Source: Basidiobolus meristosporus CBS 931.73
Taxonomy: Eukaryota; Fungi; Basidiobolomycota
Assembly: GCA_002104905.1 (NCBI GenBank)
Contig: MCFE01000062.1
Location: forward strand, 128,484-192,483
Direction of reading: 5' to 3'
Length of the DNA stretch: 64,000 nt
Under the pieces are notes generated by a model. That model was given only the letters and a program-made list of their open reading frames with translations. It did not search any database and had not been told where the DNA came from. Both the position numbers and the translations under genes were made by a program. Positions 36,014 to 48,521 of this stretch are shown here, one piece after another (the first letter of the stretch is position 1; the number at the start of each line of letters is the position of its first letter).

Positions 36014-39000
36014 GAGTACAGAAAGAAACGGGACGGAGCGAAACACGTTTGGAAATTTTCCTTGTCACGAAAATCAAAATAAGAATAATGGTCAAAGTTG
36101 GTGATGTTCATGTTAAGATGAGGTTTATTATTGAATTCAGTAAAAAAAATTCTTCCAGTGAAATCAAGCTACTTTAGAGCTGGTTACGTTGCCACATCGA
36201 CTACAGAACCAATTATCATGTTGGATTAAATATACTATTGTTATTCTGAAGATTAACTATTTCTCACCCCCTTTGTCTACGATATTCCCAAACAATTATT
36301 GAGGGTTGTTTGCATCTTGGCAGGAGGCATCTTTCCATTAGCATCGTGTGCACTCGTATTGTGTTTGCATCGCAGGTTAGGACGACATGGCGAAATTGAC
36401 GGTGGCCGTGAGGATACTGTTCGAGTCTCCTTTCCAAGTGGTCTATGATGTAGTTATGCAACGAGTATGACTGTGCAGTAATCGCAGAAGTGGGCTTCTT
36501 TGGATTCGTTAGTGAGGTAGCATGCTTCACTAACCGTCCCCATGTCGGGAGCAATTTTCCGCCCTCGCCATCATTCGGTCGAGAAGTACTAACCCCAAGT
36601 CCGAGTAGTCGGATAGCACATGAAGCAGCTCTGGTATTTCAGGGCCACAGCCAAGAGTGTGCTCTAGCAGGCCTCTAAACAATGTGGGCTATTTAATCCT
36701 TAGATGGGCCACCTAATTAAGACATCTTTTCGATTTACGATTGATTCTTGAAACTGGCCTTACGCTTGATTAACACATGTAGCTACATGACGGTAACTAG
36801 TAAGGATAAAGTGCGTCAGGTTATTTGGGCGCAAATGGGGCAGGAGGAAGGGATAATAAGGGGGGTTCTCAAATATCTGGCATATAGGGTGAGGTAATCG
36901 CCCTGTGGACGTTACAGACATATGATTAAGATGTGGCAATGGTGGGTTCAGCATGCAGAACAGTGCCGGCAGTCAGCTACACACGCCTCGTTAGGTAAAT
37001 CTCAACATCAAATGGATTCAGTATATCTGCATCTTAGATGGCATGGCATCATCAAGCTTGTATCATCGAGATTCCAAAATGCTGGGAGGAATTCCACGAT
37101 CGGGAAAACCACAAGTCACAGTGATGAACAACTGTTGACTTGGAAGGATGACTTGATGATGACGTCAATCAACAGCTACTTCTCAGAGTGCCAAGATCTC
37201 ACTTAATACCGATATCGATTGAGATAAGACTAGTCAACAGGTTGGTGGTGGTATCAAAAGGGCAATGGACATGTGCAAGACCTTCATTAACGTGAAGCAC
37301 CGACAACTACACTTGTTAGTACACCATCTGATTGCTCTTGGCTTGTCAAGGGCACACCCTGACGCGGGCAGGAATCTTGCCAAATCATTACTGCGAACCT
37401 GTCTCCTCCTATGCTCGCAGGAGTTTCACAGTTACACCACCTATTCCCATCGAGTGATCGGCCGTCGTGAAGCTGAGAACATATGCAGAGGAAATGACTA
37501 GAATAAGGTTTAGCATTCATTTAGAGTGATTTAGCAAGTGGATGGCTGATTGGCAGCCAAAAGTACAAACTCATATATACATCCGTACATGATGTAGGAC
37601 AGCTTGAATAGATAGCGCGGTGCCAGCAATGGGGACCTGGAGCAATTGTTGTTAGTAGAGTCCAACAGGCGAGGTTGATAAAACATCGATCTTTATGAAT
37701 TGCGGCAAGACACTACGTACGGACGTGGAATAATTGGATAGCAACGAACCCTGGATGTTTACAGTAATGATCAGAGTTGATTGGTGTGACCCTTTCTAAT
37801 AGAGAAGGAACGTTCTTTACTCAGGAATGCAGCATGCGTTGGTTATCAACATTAGGCGTGTTCTTGGTAAGCTAATCAACTTTCTCAGGACACACAATAC
37901 TCGTCAGTGCTGTATCAATTTAATTTGATACCGGTCATTGAAAGAAGTATATACCACCACTGCTTTATTATGCCTGTATATAGCCATGCGTCACACAGCC
38001 CAAGAATTGGTTGTACAAGAGTAGGTCAACAGGAAATTCTGTGAAAATGGCGATATTATGGGTATCCAAGAAGGCCCCATTATTTCCTAGCCTGGGGCTA
38101 GCTATCATTCCCGATACCACGGATGATCATGAGCTCAGTCTCGCTTGTTATGTACTATTTGGGATCAAGCTCAGCTGTGCCCTCAAAGCTAAATTGATCG
38201 TATTCAGGAAGCATTTCCAAAAGGCCAACCAAATCCGATGGCTGATGCGCTCATTGTCTAGCCCAATGGCGGCGTTGTGCAATAGTTGTCAATGGATGAA
38301 GACTACAATACTAAGCAGCCTCTCATTGATGCATTTTGAAGTATCACCTTGTACTTGGGGTTGTCATGACGAACCCTTGTTCAGAACAATACCCATTAAT
38401 CAGGTTGCGTCGGCTTGGGTGTGGGTGTAGATGGGAGTCAACACGGGAATTAGCTGATTATAATCATCAAAAGATTACACGCGTCAGAGTTCCCTGATAG
38501 ACATAGCACTGCTCTTCTTGCCATAAGCCATCATTTCGATGTTGGGATTATCTCTTCTCTCATGCTACTTGATTAACCAGAGTTCACCATATCGCGGACA
38601 CATATATAACGCATGTGTTCAGGCCATTTCGGAATCGACTTCCTGGGTGCCAGTTTTCATTAGGAACTCAACCTCCTTAATCGATCATTGGCGTAATACT
38701 GGTCCGCCTCTCCCTCCCCCCTCCCCCACTTGACATCATGTTGATGACATTAAATGCCTAAATCATGTGATGACTGTTCATAATACTGACTCTCGTTGTA
38801 CGACCAGCAGCTGCATTTATCCTATTCTCTAGGAGGTTAAATCAGGATCTGTTATGGTGAAAACTGAACGGAACCGAATATTGGTATCATTATCAATGTT
38901 CCCGTCCCCATTGGTATAAATACCTCGCTGCCTTCGACGTTATCGTACCTAATTGGATTTTTGCCTCATACGCCTTGTATCTCCACTAGGTAGACTGTAC

Positions 39001-39055
39001 TTGGGGAGTTCACCGACAACCTTATCCATCTAGTTCCATTATTGTGCTACAGTTC

Positions 39056-40845
39056 ATGGATAACAATAGACTCGAAACTCGGCAGCCTCCTCCCTTACCT
39101 TTAAGCGCATTTAGAAACCCTCCCTGGATTGCCGACATCCTGAGAATAATTTTTTCATACCTAAACAACAACTTGGAGCATTTGACGAGTTGTTGTCTAG
39201 TTAGCCGTAGTTGGTATTCGGAAGCCGTTCGAGGCTTGTGGAGTAAGCCATTCTTTCTGACCCAACCCAACTTTCGACGTTTCAAACAAGTAATACTGTA
39301 TAATACACATTGTAAGCCCCGACAGTTTTGGTAGCTTCTCTTTCAAGGTTGCCATCTTAATCCTTTTTCTCTTGTGTTTCCATTTTAGTGGCCAGCTTGG
39401 TCCACGTCCTAGATTTGCAAGACTACCGATACTTCGTCCTTAAATATGCCGACTTTTTACTTCAACATCTTCCTAATCTCACCGCAATCCGTTTTCCACA
39501 GGCCCTTCCCATCACTAGACATGTCTTGCCAGTCTCCAAATCCTGGAATTTCGGCACCCTAAAGGCTATAAGTTACATAGAAGTGCATTCCTCTAGAGAA
39601 GAGGATTTTGTATTTCTTGACACTGTTCTGCGTAAATGTTCAAACCTCGAGCAGCTAGGGTTGATCTTCAAGAATCCAACTGAATGGAATGCCTCCCCGG
39701 ATGTCATGCCTTTGCTGTCACTTAAGCAGCTCCAGGTTGGTGGTCTAGAGTTAACAAGCGAGCTGTTGAGAGCCTTACTACAGCTAACACCGAACTTGAC
39801 GAGATTGGAGCTCTTCACTACAACCCCGCCAGTTGGTTTGGTACAAATGCTTGTCGACAGCTGCAGCCGACTAGAGCATCTGCATCTTGAGTTTGAGTAC
39901 GCTGACGATGATGCCCTGTGGGACCTTTGTGACGAAGCCGCCAGGGATATGGTCAATCATTTGAAGTACTTTGCTTTAGTGTACCATCAAACCCTACGCA
40001 ACACACCCGAGGATCGGATGGAGATTTTATGGCGATCACTCAAATCGGTAGAAACCCTTCGATTGTGGCAAATCGAGCTGAATGATGCGATGCTGTACTC
40101 CTTGTCGGAGGCGCTGCCCAAAAAATTGACGGCGTTAGATCTGTATTCAGTATCGGTTGCCGAGCCTTGTAGCATAGGTGCCTGGGTGGAGTTTTTTGTA
40201 ACCTGCGGAGAGCAAATAACTTCTCTTTCAATATCCCATTCTCAGTTGCCAGCCCGGCTGGGTCAGGTTATAGCGAAGTATTGCAATCATTTGGAGGAGC
40301 TAGTGGTTCGATCATGTAGATTCGAGGATGAGTCAGTCGTTGCGATCGTTCAACGATGTGGGCCGACGCTGAAGAAACTGCAGCTCTACGATACCTATAT
40401 TACCGAGCTTTCTATACGCGCCATCTGTGGATACTGCAGCGAGCTAGAGGAGTTGGCGTTGTTCAGCACAGAGCATCAGCTGCAGCAGTTCGAGGATTCC
40501 TCCCTGGTTTCGTATATTGTGGCTCATGGGCACCTGTTGAGGTCCTTGTGTATACGTGGCTGGAAAACAACTAACATTGTTCTAACCAGCCTGGCGAATT
40601 ATGCCCGGGTTTTGCAGGAGCTCGATTTTGAAAACGACGCCGGACTCGAAGATGCAACTCTTCGTCAGGTGATGAAGTCTTGCAAACTGCGCCAGTTGAA
40701 TATCACCACCCGCCACGATTGTGGCGGTCTGACGGCAGAGATGATCGAACTAGTTGACAAATACTACGTGTTTACTAAGCGAATCCAAAATCCACTCTCC
40801 TTAGACATGGAGACCATCTATGGGATACTTTACGGCAGTCCATAG
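39056..40845 (+). CDS. F-box / leucine-rich repeat (RNI-like) protein, ~570 aa, 2 exons (39056-39311, 39389-40845)
   Basis: F-box PWIADILRIIFSYL..LTSCCLVSRSWYSEAVRGLWSKP; phase-1 GTAAGC..TTTTAG intron; repeated LxxLxL motifs (CSNLEQLGL, TPNLTRLEL, CSRLEHLHL, CNHLEELVV, CSELEELAL). Confidence 0.9.
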
Positions 40846-41439
40846 GCCGCTGGATTGTTTAATGATTCTTCGATATTCCTGTAACCCAACTATCCCACGT
40901 GTAATTAACATGCTTTCTGTACAGCTCATTGCATCCATAAATGGTTTACCAAGTCGTCATTTCAATTTCTATTTGGACGTGAATAGTTTCGCTAGTCCAA
41001 TTTCCACCCACCCCTCGCCCTGTAGGCTCTCCAACGAACGTTCATCATCATAGAATGGTCACACTAATGGAGCAGTCATTGCCGTTGGAGATCTGGAGCG
41101 TTCAGTGTTTCCACCAAATTTATAATTTATTGGGGGTGAAAAGAGGTTTGAATCCGGAGTTTACTAAGCCCCGACGGCATATGATGCTTTGTAATCAAAC
41201 CCCCAGTGAGGCTCACGTGCCGCAATCGTCGAGGACAAGCATTAAAACATACCCACCTTCCGAGGTGATTTCAAATCGCCTCCCAAGCTTCCTCCATGCG
41301 CAGCCAAACGTCTACTGGCCTAATTGAAATCTGTTACCTTCGTGAACCACGAAGTGTATGGTATGCTTTTAACCCTTGGATCTACTTGATATGCCATATG
41401 TCCCGGATCCACAGGATTGGTCTCTTGGGGCTCAATAGG

Positions 41440-42500
41440 TCAATGTTCAAATTCCATGTCGAGCACCAATATAGGATGCAAAATATCTCTTTGGCCAACT
41501 AGACTGGTGGCTTCTTGTATGCGCTTCCTTATGATGGTCTTTTTGCAGGGGATATAGCAGAACTTGCAACTTGACTCATCTTCTAATCTCCCCACACATC
41601 TACTCCACAGAAAACTCCCGAAAGGTGAAGCAAGTTCCGATGTTCTCCACACACCAGGCAAGATGTGTTGCAAGAGTCTTGGAGATATTGGAAGTGATTG
41701 GGAGGACAACTAGATTATGTGGTTTTCACTTACTGATTTATTCAATGTAAAAGTAGTTTTATACTTTTACATGATCTTGGCATAACAAACATGTAGAATA
41801 GGTCTAGGAAGGTCCCAAAGACATGAGTGCAAAGTTTGGGGCTGCTTGGACTACTTTGAGAATTTTCATTTTCTGGGTACTTGATATTATGGTGAAAATA
41901 TTCCAGGTAAATTTCAACAAGGAATTTGATCAGTATTCTTTAAGATCTAAAGTTAATGATCCAAGTGACTAAGTTTGGTGAATATTTAGGTGGAGTTACA
42001 AACTTTTACAACAAGATGGAGTATACAATGGATACAGCAGTGGCAGAGATCTATGGGCTCAGCTTTATGCCAGTAGTATAGCTTCTAAAATTCTGTTGCA
42101 AGCTCATTGCATAAAAGCTTTAGATGTGTCAAGTTGGCATTGGTGATCTGCTTCTGGATAAATATTCCTACAATGTCAAGATATGACTCCCAATGCCTCC
42201 AATATACTCTGGGTTGAAATTACTTCAGAAGATCACCTGAATATACACAAGTCCAGTTCATCCAGTCCTTGCATTTATATAGTTACATTTGTGTAATAAC
42301 ACTAATTGAAACTTGTACGTAATACTTTGGGTAGTGGATATTCCTTACTATCTTGGCAAGTCAATTAAATTTCTGCATTGTCTCCATAGGCTCATTTAGC
42401 CTGAAATGCCTCATTTACAACTTGATCATGAGTATTGGGATGTTCTTGAAGAGCAAATGCATTGCTCCCAGTGGAAAGTTTTTGCCCCAGCAGATTCCCT
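41440..42500 (-). mobile_element. Second CACTA-like transposase fragment (C-terminal half), split by a solo LTR
   Basis: 41520-41665 and 42014-42500 align colinearly with ~5880-6500 (FWSFSVE*MCG, LYYWHKAEPIDLCHCCIHCILH, PLGAMHLLFKNIPIL). Confidence 0.85.
41666..42013 (-). repeat. Solo Copia LTR (348 bp) with perfect 5-bp TSD AGATG
   Basis: TGTTG..CAACA flanked by AGATG at 41661-41665 and 42014-42018. The empty-site homologue at ~6009 reads GCAAGATGGAGTA. Confidence 0.95.
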
Positions 42501-42514
42501 CTATTTGAAGTGTC

Positions 42515-42863
42515 TGTTGTAATTATTAAGTTGTCACCTAAATATTCATGCTAACTTAGTCACAGAGATCTTATTCTTTGATTAGCATTCTGTCCTGACC
42601 AAATTTCTAGTTGAGATTTACTTAGAATAATCTCACTAAACTATCAGGTACCCAGATTATGATCTTTCTCAAAGTTGTCCAAAAGCCCCCAAACTTTGCA
42701 CACATATTCTTGGGATCTCTCTTGAAAGACTCTACATGTTTGTTTGCTCTACTTTATTAAAAGTATAAATACCATAATTTTGATCTATAAATCTACAAGT
42801 GAACAACATGTAAATCTTCTAGTTCTCCAAATCACTTCCAATACTTCTCATAATATTGCAACA
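42515..42863 (+). repeat. Solo Copia LTR, opposite orientation
   Basis: TGTTG..CAACA; reverse complement of the LTR family; no matching TSD. Confidence 0.8.
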
Positions 42864-42864
42864 C

Positions 42865-43650
42865 AACATCCTCCATTGTAGACAGCATGGAGGTTCCACT
42901 GACAGACAAAGCAACAATGTTAACAACTCAAAGACTATCATAATGCCTACAGTGGAATTTTGGAACATTAATAGGCACATCAATAGGTTGCAGCACTTCT
43001 TCAAGAGTGGTGCTTAGGAAAAACACCTGAATATTTCAAGGATTTATTTTAAAGACTGACAGATGAGGTGCCAGACCTTGCAGCTCTGGCTGAAGATCAG
43101 GACATATGGGAACCAGTGAATGAACAGTGGCATAAAGCCATAAGGTTTCTGCCAAAGTCATGGAAAAAGGATCTAACAGCAGAAATACTTATTGAATGAT
43201 GGATTTTGATGGAGTTACTTATTGAGTGTGGAGTTGGGCTCAATGTTAGTGTTGGGCATAGGAACTTGTATAGGTCAATACAATTGGTAATTGAGATATA
43301 ACTGAAGTTTCAACAGAAATAAATCAATTTGTATGCATGAAATATAAGAGAATTGGTTGAGTCAGGAAGTAAGGGGTGTGAAAAAGAGGCAATAGCCAAT
43401 CAATGTATACAATCATAGGAGGTGATTGAGTCTCTGGGATCAGAAAGTGAGTGAATTGACAGAGGACCAATCAAAAGCTACTTATGTATTGATTTGATGA
43501 AAAATTTTGAACAAGTTTTTTGTGAAATCTGGGGTGCAATTATTTTGCACTGGTCTTTGCACAGTGTCCTGATGGGATCAATACCTCTTAGTCATGGGAC
43601 TTTAATTTTGTGATGGCCTTTTGATGGGAGCATCATAATCATTTCTCATA
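42865..43650 (+). repeat. Dispersed copy of the CACTA-like ORF2 C-terminal region (homologous to ~9800-10590)
   Basis: Colinear same-strand similarity; conserved translation RL(A/T)DEV.DLA..AED...W.PVNEQWHKAI.FLPK.W....T.EILIE..W.LME.L.ECGVGLNVSVG. Confidence 0.85.
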
Positions 43651-44938
43651 GGGCCATAGGGCTTCCATATACATGGTTAAAAGTTCATGTTGTCAACTAA
43701 GTGGGCAATTCTTTTAAGGTTTGTTATCTCTACTACTGGGTGCATCTGAATGGCAAGATATTTTGGTGCAAGATACACTTTCTTAGCACTTGAAAATATT
43801 TGGTAGGTTTCTTCCAATGCCTTCCAGGCATTCTTTGCCATTTTGATGGCAGCTTGACTTTGACATTATGGCAGTTGCAGTTGAGCACACTCTGCTCCTC
43901 CTTTAGGTTCTTTAGGCTTTGTTACCTACACCTGATCATTTTTCATGTGGCCATTGTAGTATTAACTTATCTGCTAAGCCTTCCCCAGTGATTAGTCATC
44001 TTAGAACTATTCAACAACTTAGCAGTTGTTAGGACATTAGCTGATTGAAGATGCAATTTTTATTTATCTTATGCACCTATCAACACCCAAATTGGCTTCA
44101 ATTAATCCAGTCTCTTAGTGCTTACTTATTCAACTTGATCAGAAAAGTATAAATAAAGATCACTGAGCCTTTTGGTTTAGTGTGTGTCTCAAAAAAGTTA
44201 AAAATGTGTCTCAGCCAAATTAAGAATTCAGCAATTCCATTCTAGTATCTACCCAAGCTTAGTATATCTGGTGCTCCCAAGAATGCCAAGCCTAGACTGC
44301 ATTGTAAACTAACTCCATTGCCCTCATAGCCAAACTTGGCTATATAAAGATTAATTTTGGGGCAGAATAACTCTGCTAATATATCCACCACTCTCTGAAG
44401 ATTCTAAGATTCTGCATTTAATTGTCCCTTTGTTTCAGCTAAAGCATTCAAGAGCTTTATTACACTTTTCTTTTGAACACAACATTATTATCACCTTCCA
44501 GAGTTGATAGTTTGATTAATCCAGCTTCTCAGCTAAGTGGAAATTTTGGTTGCAGCAGTAGTGGACACTCTAGTGGGCAAGAGCCTGAGGCTCATTGCCT
44601 GTTTTAACAGTTTCAAAGACATTTGAAGTAAGTGCAAGAGCAAGTATATTATGTGGCTTTCACTTGATGAGCCATTAAATGTAAAAGTAGTATTGGAATA
44701 TGTTAAAGGCCTTGGCAAAACAACCATGTAGAAAATGTTTAGAAAGGTCCAAAGCACATGTGTGCTAGGCTTGAGCCTATTTGGACAACTCACCAGTCAT
44801 TCATGTCCTAGGTACCAATGAATAGGTTCAGAGTAAATCCTGACAAGGGTTTTAGGCAGATTTCTCTAAGGCTTGTAGACTATGATTTAAGTGACCAAGT
44901 TAAGTGAGTATCTAGGTGTTATTACAAAATCTACAACA
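43650..44938 (-). mobile_element. Decayed Copia 5' end: LTR 44600-44938, degenerate PBS and gag remnants
   Basis: LTR TGTTT..CAACA preceded by GGCTCATTGCC (decayed PBS complement); 43800-43900 resembles gag at 29440-29530. Confidence 0.65.
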
Positions 44939-47840
44939 GGGGAGCTTTGACAATTTCCAAGCCATCCCCTAAAACCTGTATTGAAGAGTTGCTATGCATA
45001 TCACAAGTTACAAACTTTGTATTAACATTTGAATATTCCATGAGCTTACTGGCCTCAATCATAGCTTATGGGCTTTACTATTCTTTGTGCAAATTCTTTG
45101 CCAGGGCTTACTTTAAAAACTTTCAGAGTATAACTTTCTCAAGCTTGTCTGAAAGCCACTAAGCCTTGCATGTATGATTTTGGGACCTTTCTAAAGATAT
45201 TCCATGTATTTGTTCTGTCATGACCTTGTGAAAGTACATATACCACTGTTATGCTCAACCAGTCATTGACTGAATACCATAAATCCCTTAACTCACCAAT
45301 CAATGAGTATAGACCACACTATCAAACACTGTAAATTGTCTCTAGGTGTCCACTTCTGCAATGGGCAACATCTTCATTTCATACTTGAAACAACTGATTG
45401 ACATTCCTATGACTATAGCAGAGCAAAGTTACCACAATTTTACATGGATTGGAGAAATAACAAATAGTAGCTGATTTTAGGGGGGTATAAAAGCATCAGT
45501 CATTGTTGCTTTGCTTACATCTGCATACTTTAAGAATTGAACTGAGATACAATGACTGCAAACAAGGCAAATGATTGCAGAGTTTGGGGTCATGTGGATC
45601 ATACTGGAAATATCCAGATTGGTGAATACAGCTATGCTGCAAATCCTAAATTTGAATCACATCATCAAATATACCTATACAGCAGCCTTGTGAGCCACAC
45701 CTGACCGCTGGGAGTGTTTCCAACCAAATAGGATTGGGAAAACAATAGAAACCTCCCAAAATTAGTGGACAGCCTCCCAAGTCCTTATATAACACAGCCT
45801 CATTGCTGGTTCAAGGTAGTTCGGTCAAAAATATCGTACAAAATTCAAAACAAACCAAGATGAGCACCACCCTCCTTTCTGATGATTCCCGCTGACTTCA
45901 AAGCTCCCATTCACACTGCTCCATGCATATATGTCCTAGAATAAACTCGAGGAAATTTTGATGGAGAAATATCAGAAGAGCCTCGCTGATACATGTTACC
46001 CTCAAGCAGATGTTTATGAACGCGCGGGCCACGTTTCCACAACTTCCAAGAAAGAGTCAAGGTGTGGCACGGGTTAATAAATCGCTGGGACTATACGGGA
46101 AATATAAGGTTGAATCAGGTCGAGCACTGATCAGTAGCAACATAGGATCGGTCAACCCTGCACAGAACCACGCTAAGAGTAATCAAAGTTCAAGTGGTTG
46201 ATGAACAACAGGAAAACTAGCTGTTTTCTTTCTCGTTTGATCACGGTTGATGCACATATGCACCAAACCTGGAATCCACTGATTCAGCTGACGAAGATTG
46301 ATTCATTAGTGGAAGGGGGGACATGCGGAATTAGGTGTGATGTCCAACTCTAGGGGTACCTGGGACTTTTAGATGCGCCCACAGATTTGAGGCAATAATT
46401 GGAAAAGAAAGCATATGAAACCTGATTAATTGGAATTCACAAGGCCATATTGGTAGGGATTGGATTTGGTTGGTTTTGTTGTCCCAGCTAGACAGCTGGT
46501 ACTCTGTTGGAGTCTCAGGTTGTGAAGCACCTTCGCCAGTTTCCAAATCTTCAAGCTTGTTGTTAGGCATCTCGCTGGAAGACTACCTCTGACTGTAGAG
46601 TCCGGAAGTGCCCCGCAGCACTGTAAACAATAGTGGTCGGTGACATCACTTACAAACTCGTCGTGTGGAGAGGGTTCCAAAGACGTGTAAATGACCAATC
46701 TCCCATCAATCCTTAGAAACGGCAGCTCAAAATTGGAGCACGATTTCATACCAACCCAGTAGGGTACGCTGTGACATCACCACCTATCAGATGATTGTTT
46801 ACCTTAGGCAGCAAAAGAGTACCGCAAAGATGGAGCAGCCGACTGCTCATTTGTAGGCGATATGGTAGGCTGCTGAGCCTCCCTTAAACAGCTGCAGGAA
46901 TTCCCCCTCGAACAGCTAAACAAGTGAGTAGGGAAGGAGAATCTCACCCAGGAGGCTACGAATTGGCTGGGGAAATATACACGGATTTTATTTCGTAGCA
47001 TCTAGACGAATACTGACCACCGAAGTTCTTTCCTTCAAAGCTGTGCCATACTTGTTCGTAAGATGGATTTAGAAACAAGCAGCAGCTCGCAAGTTGATTA
47101 CCACTCCAATGCTCAAGATTAAGCAGCTCTACATGCTACATATTGGTCAGCACATCCTTGATGCATACCAAATCCGGAAACCAATCCAGATAGGGGAGTT
47201 TAACCTTCGAGCATCCTCCATGAATTTCTCTGCTCTCTACTAGTTCCACAGTTCCGGAACATACGATGCCCTTTTTCAAGGAGCTAAGCCCCCCTCCCAC
47301 CACTGCACATCGGCTTGCAATGGCCTACCACTCGTCAGCAGTACCTCTACTTCCACTGGTAGATCGATTGCAATAAGCCCTGATGCTTGGTGTAGAATTA
47401 CGCCCATGACGATCACCCAGTCATAACTTATCCATCCCCCACCAATCCATCGGGTAGAGCCATGATGACCGGCCTCCGGTACACAAGGATCAATCCTCAG
47501 CTTATTTCATTGCTGAATGTGGGAAGAATGATTCCTCAGTGATGGTGCGACTCCATCAATCCGAGCGGATTAGTGACTCCAGTGCTCCTTCCAGCCCTCT
47601 ACGTAATCTCTCCGTGTGAATGTGGGGACGGATGGTTGGTCGGTCTCAACGGAGTTACACTTGGTAGAATGCAATCCAACAACCCCCCCCGCCTCAATTC
47701 GAAATTCGTCATGCACCAGTGGTACGGAACACTTGATGTTCATGGAAGGCTAATACGAGTAGGTACGGCTTGGTACGATTAAGGTTGTTTCGTCGGTGTC
47801 CCTATTTATTTATATAACAGGAATCGGGAATGTGCGACCT

Positions 47841-48020
47841 GAATTAAATATACACTCTAAAGAAGGATCGGGTTTTGAATTGAGGAATTAAATATACAGT
47901 TTAAAGAAGGACCCTCATTCCAATTGATTGAAGAAATATATATAGTTCAAAGAAGGAACCCGTTATCAATAGACGAGTAAATATATTGATTAAAGAAGGA
48001 CCCTCTCAGTATTCAATCGA
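47841..48020. repeat. Four imperfect ~44-bp direct repeats upstream of the IDO gene
   Basis: Core AAATATA-n-AAAGAAGGA; AAAGAAGGA starts at 47859, 47903, 47949 and 47992. Confidence 0.8.
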
Positions 48021-48521
48021 ATCCATTGAATAGAATACGGTACAATAAAATCATGAGAGGACACTCGAGAGACACTACAATTTATACACCGTTGAACTGC
48101 ATTCTAAATGAATCAGATCTTGTGTATTGGAATGGCATCTGACACAAAATGGGAAAACGTGACTAGTCCGCTCAACCAATTCAATGGCAAAGGAAAGCTT
48201 AATGCTACCATTTCAATTATTCTAACTCGGTGTCCTTTGCCGCCATCGTTAGCATCTATTAACACTGGAGATACCGGGTGATTTGATATTGGCGAGAATT
48301 GCTTTGTTAATTGCAAGGTGCTTGGGAAAGTCGCTTCCCTGTTTCACCTCTGATAAACAGGTTTGATTGTATCGAAGTTATTGAGGTAAATACCAATGGG
48401 CCATCTCGTCCAAGTATATAAGGCCGCTCTCAGGTCATGGTGATGGCACAAATCAAAGTCAAACCACAGTATCTTGTACTGTTTGAAATATCACTTCTTC
48501 CCGCTCATCTATCAACCGCAA

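Noticed and set aside
36264-36954. Possible - strand gene (ORFs 36264-36554 and 36760-36954)
   Set aside because: Splice-like signals are present but I could not build a phase-consistent, stop-free model. Left as possible gene debris.
47841-48020. CRISPR-like repeat-spacer array (also considered for 1981-2060)
   Set aside because: Eukaryotic context, degenerate repeats, spacers too short and similar to one another, no cas genes.
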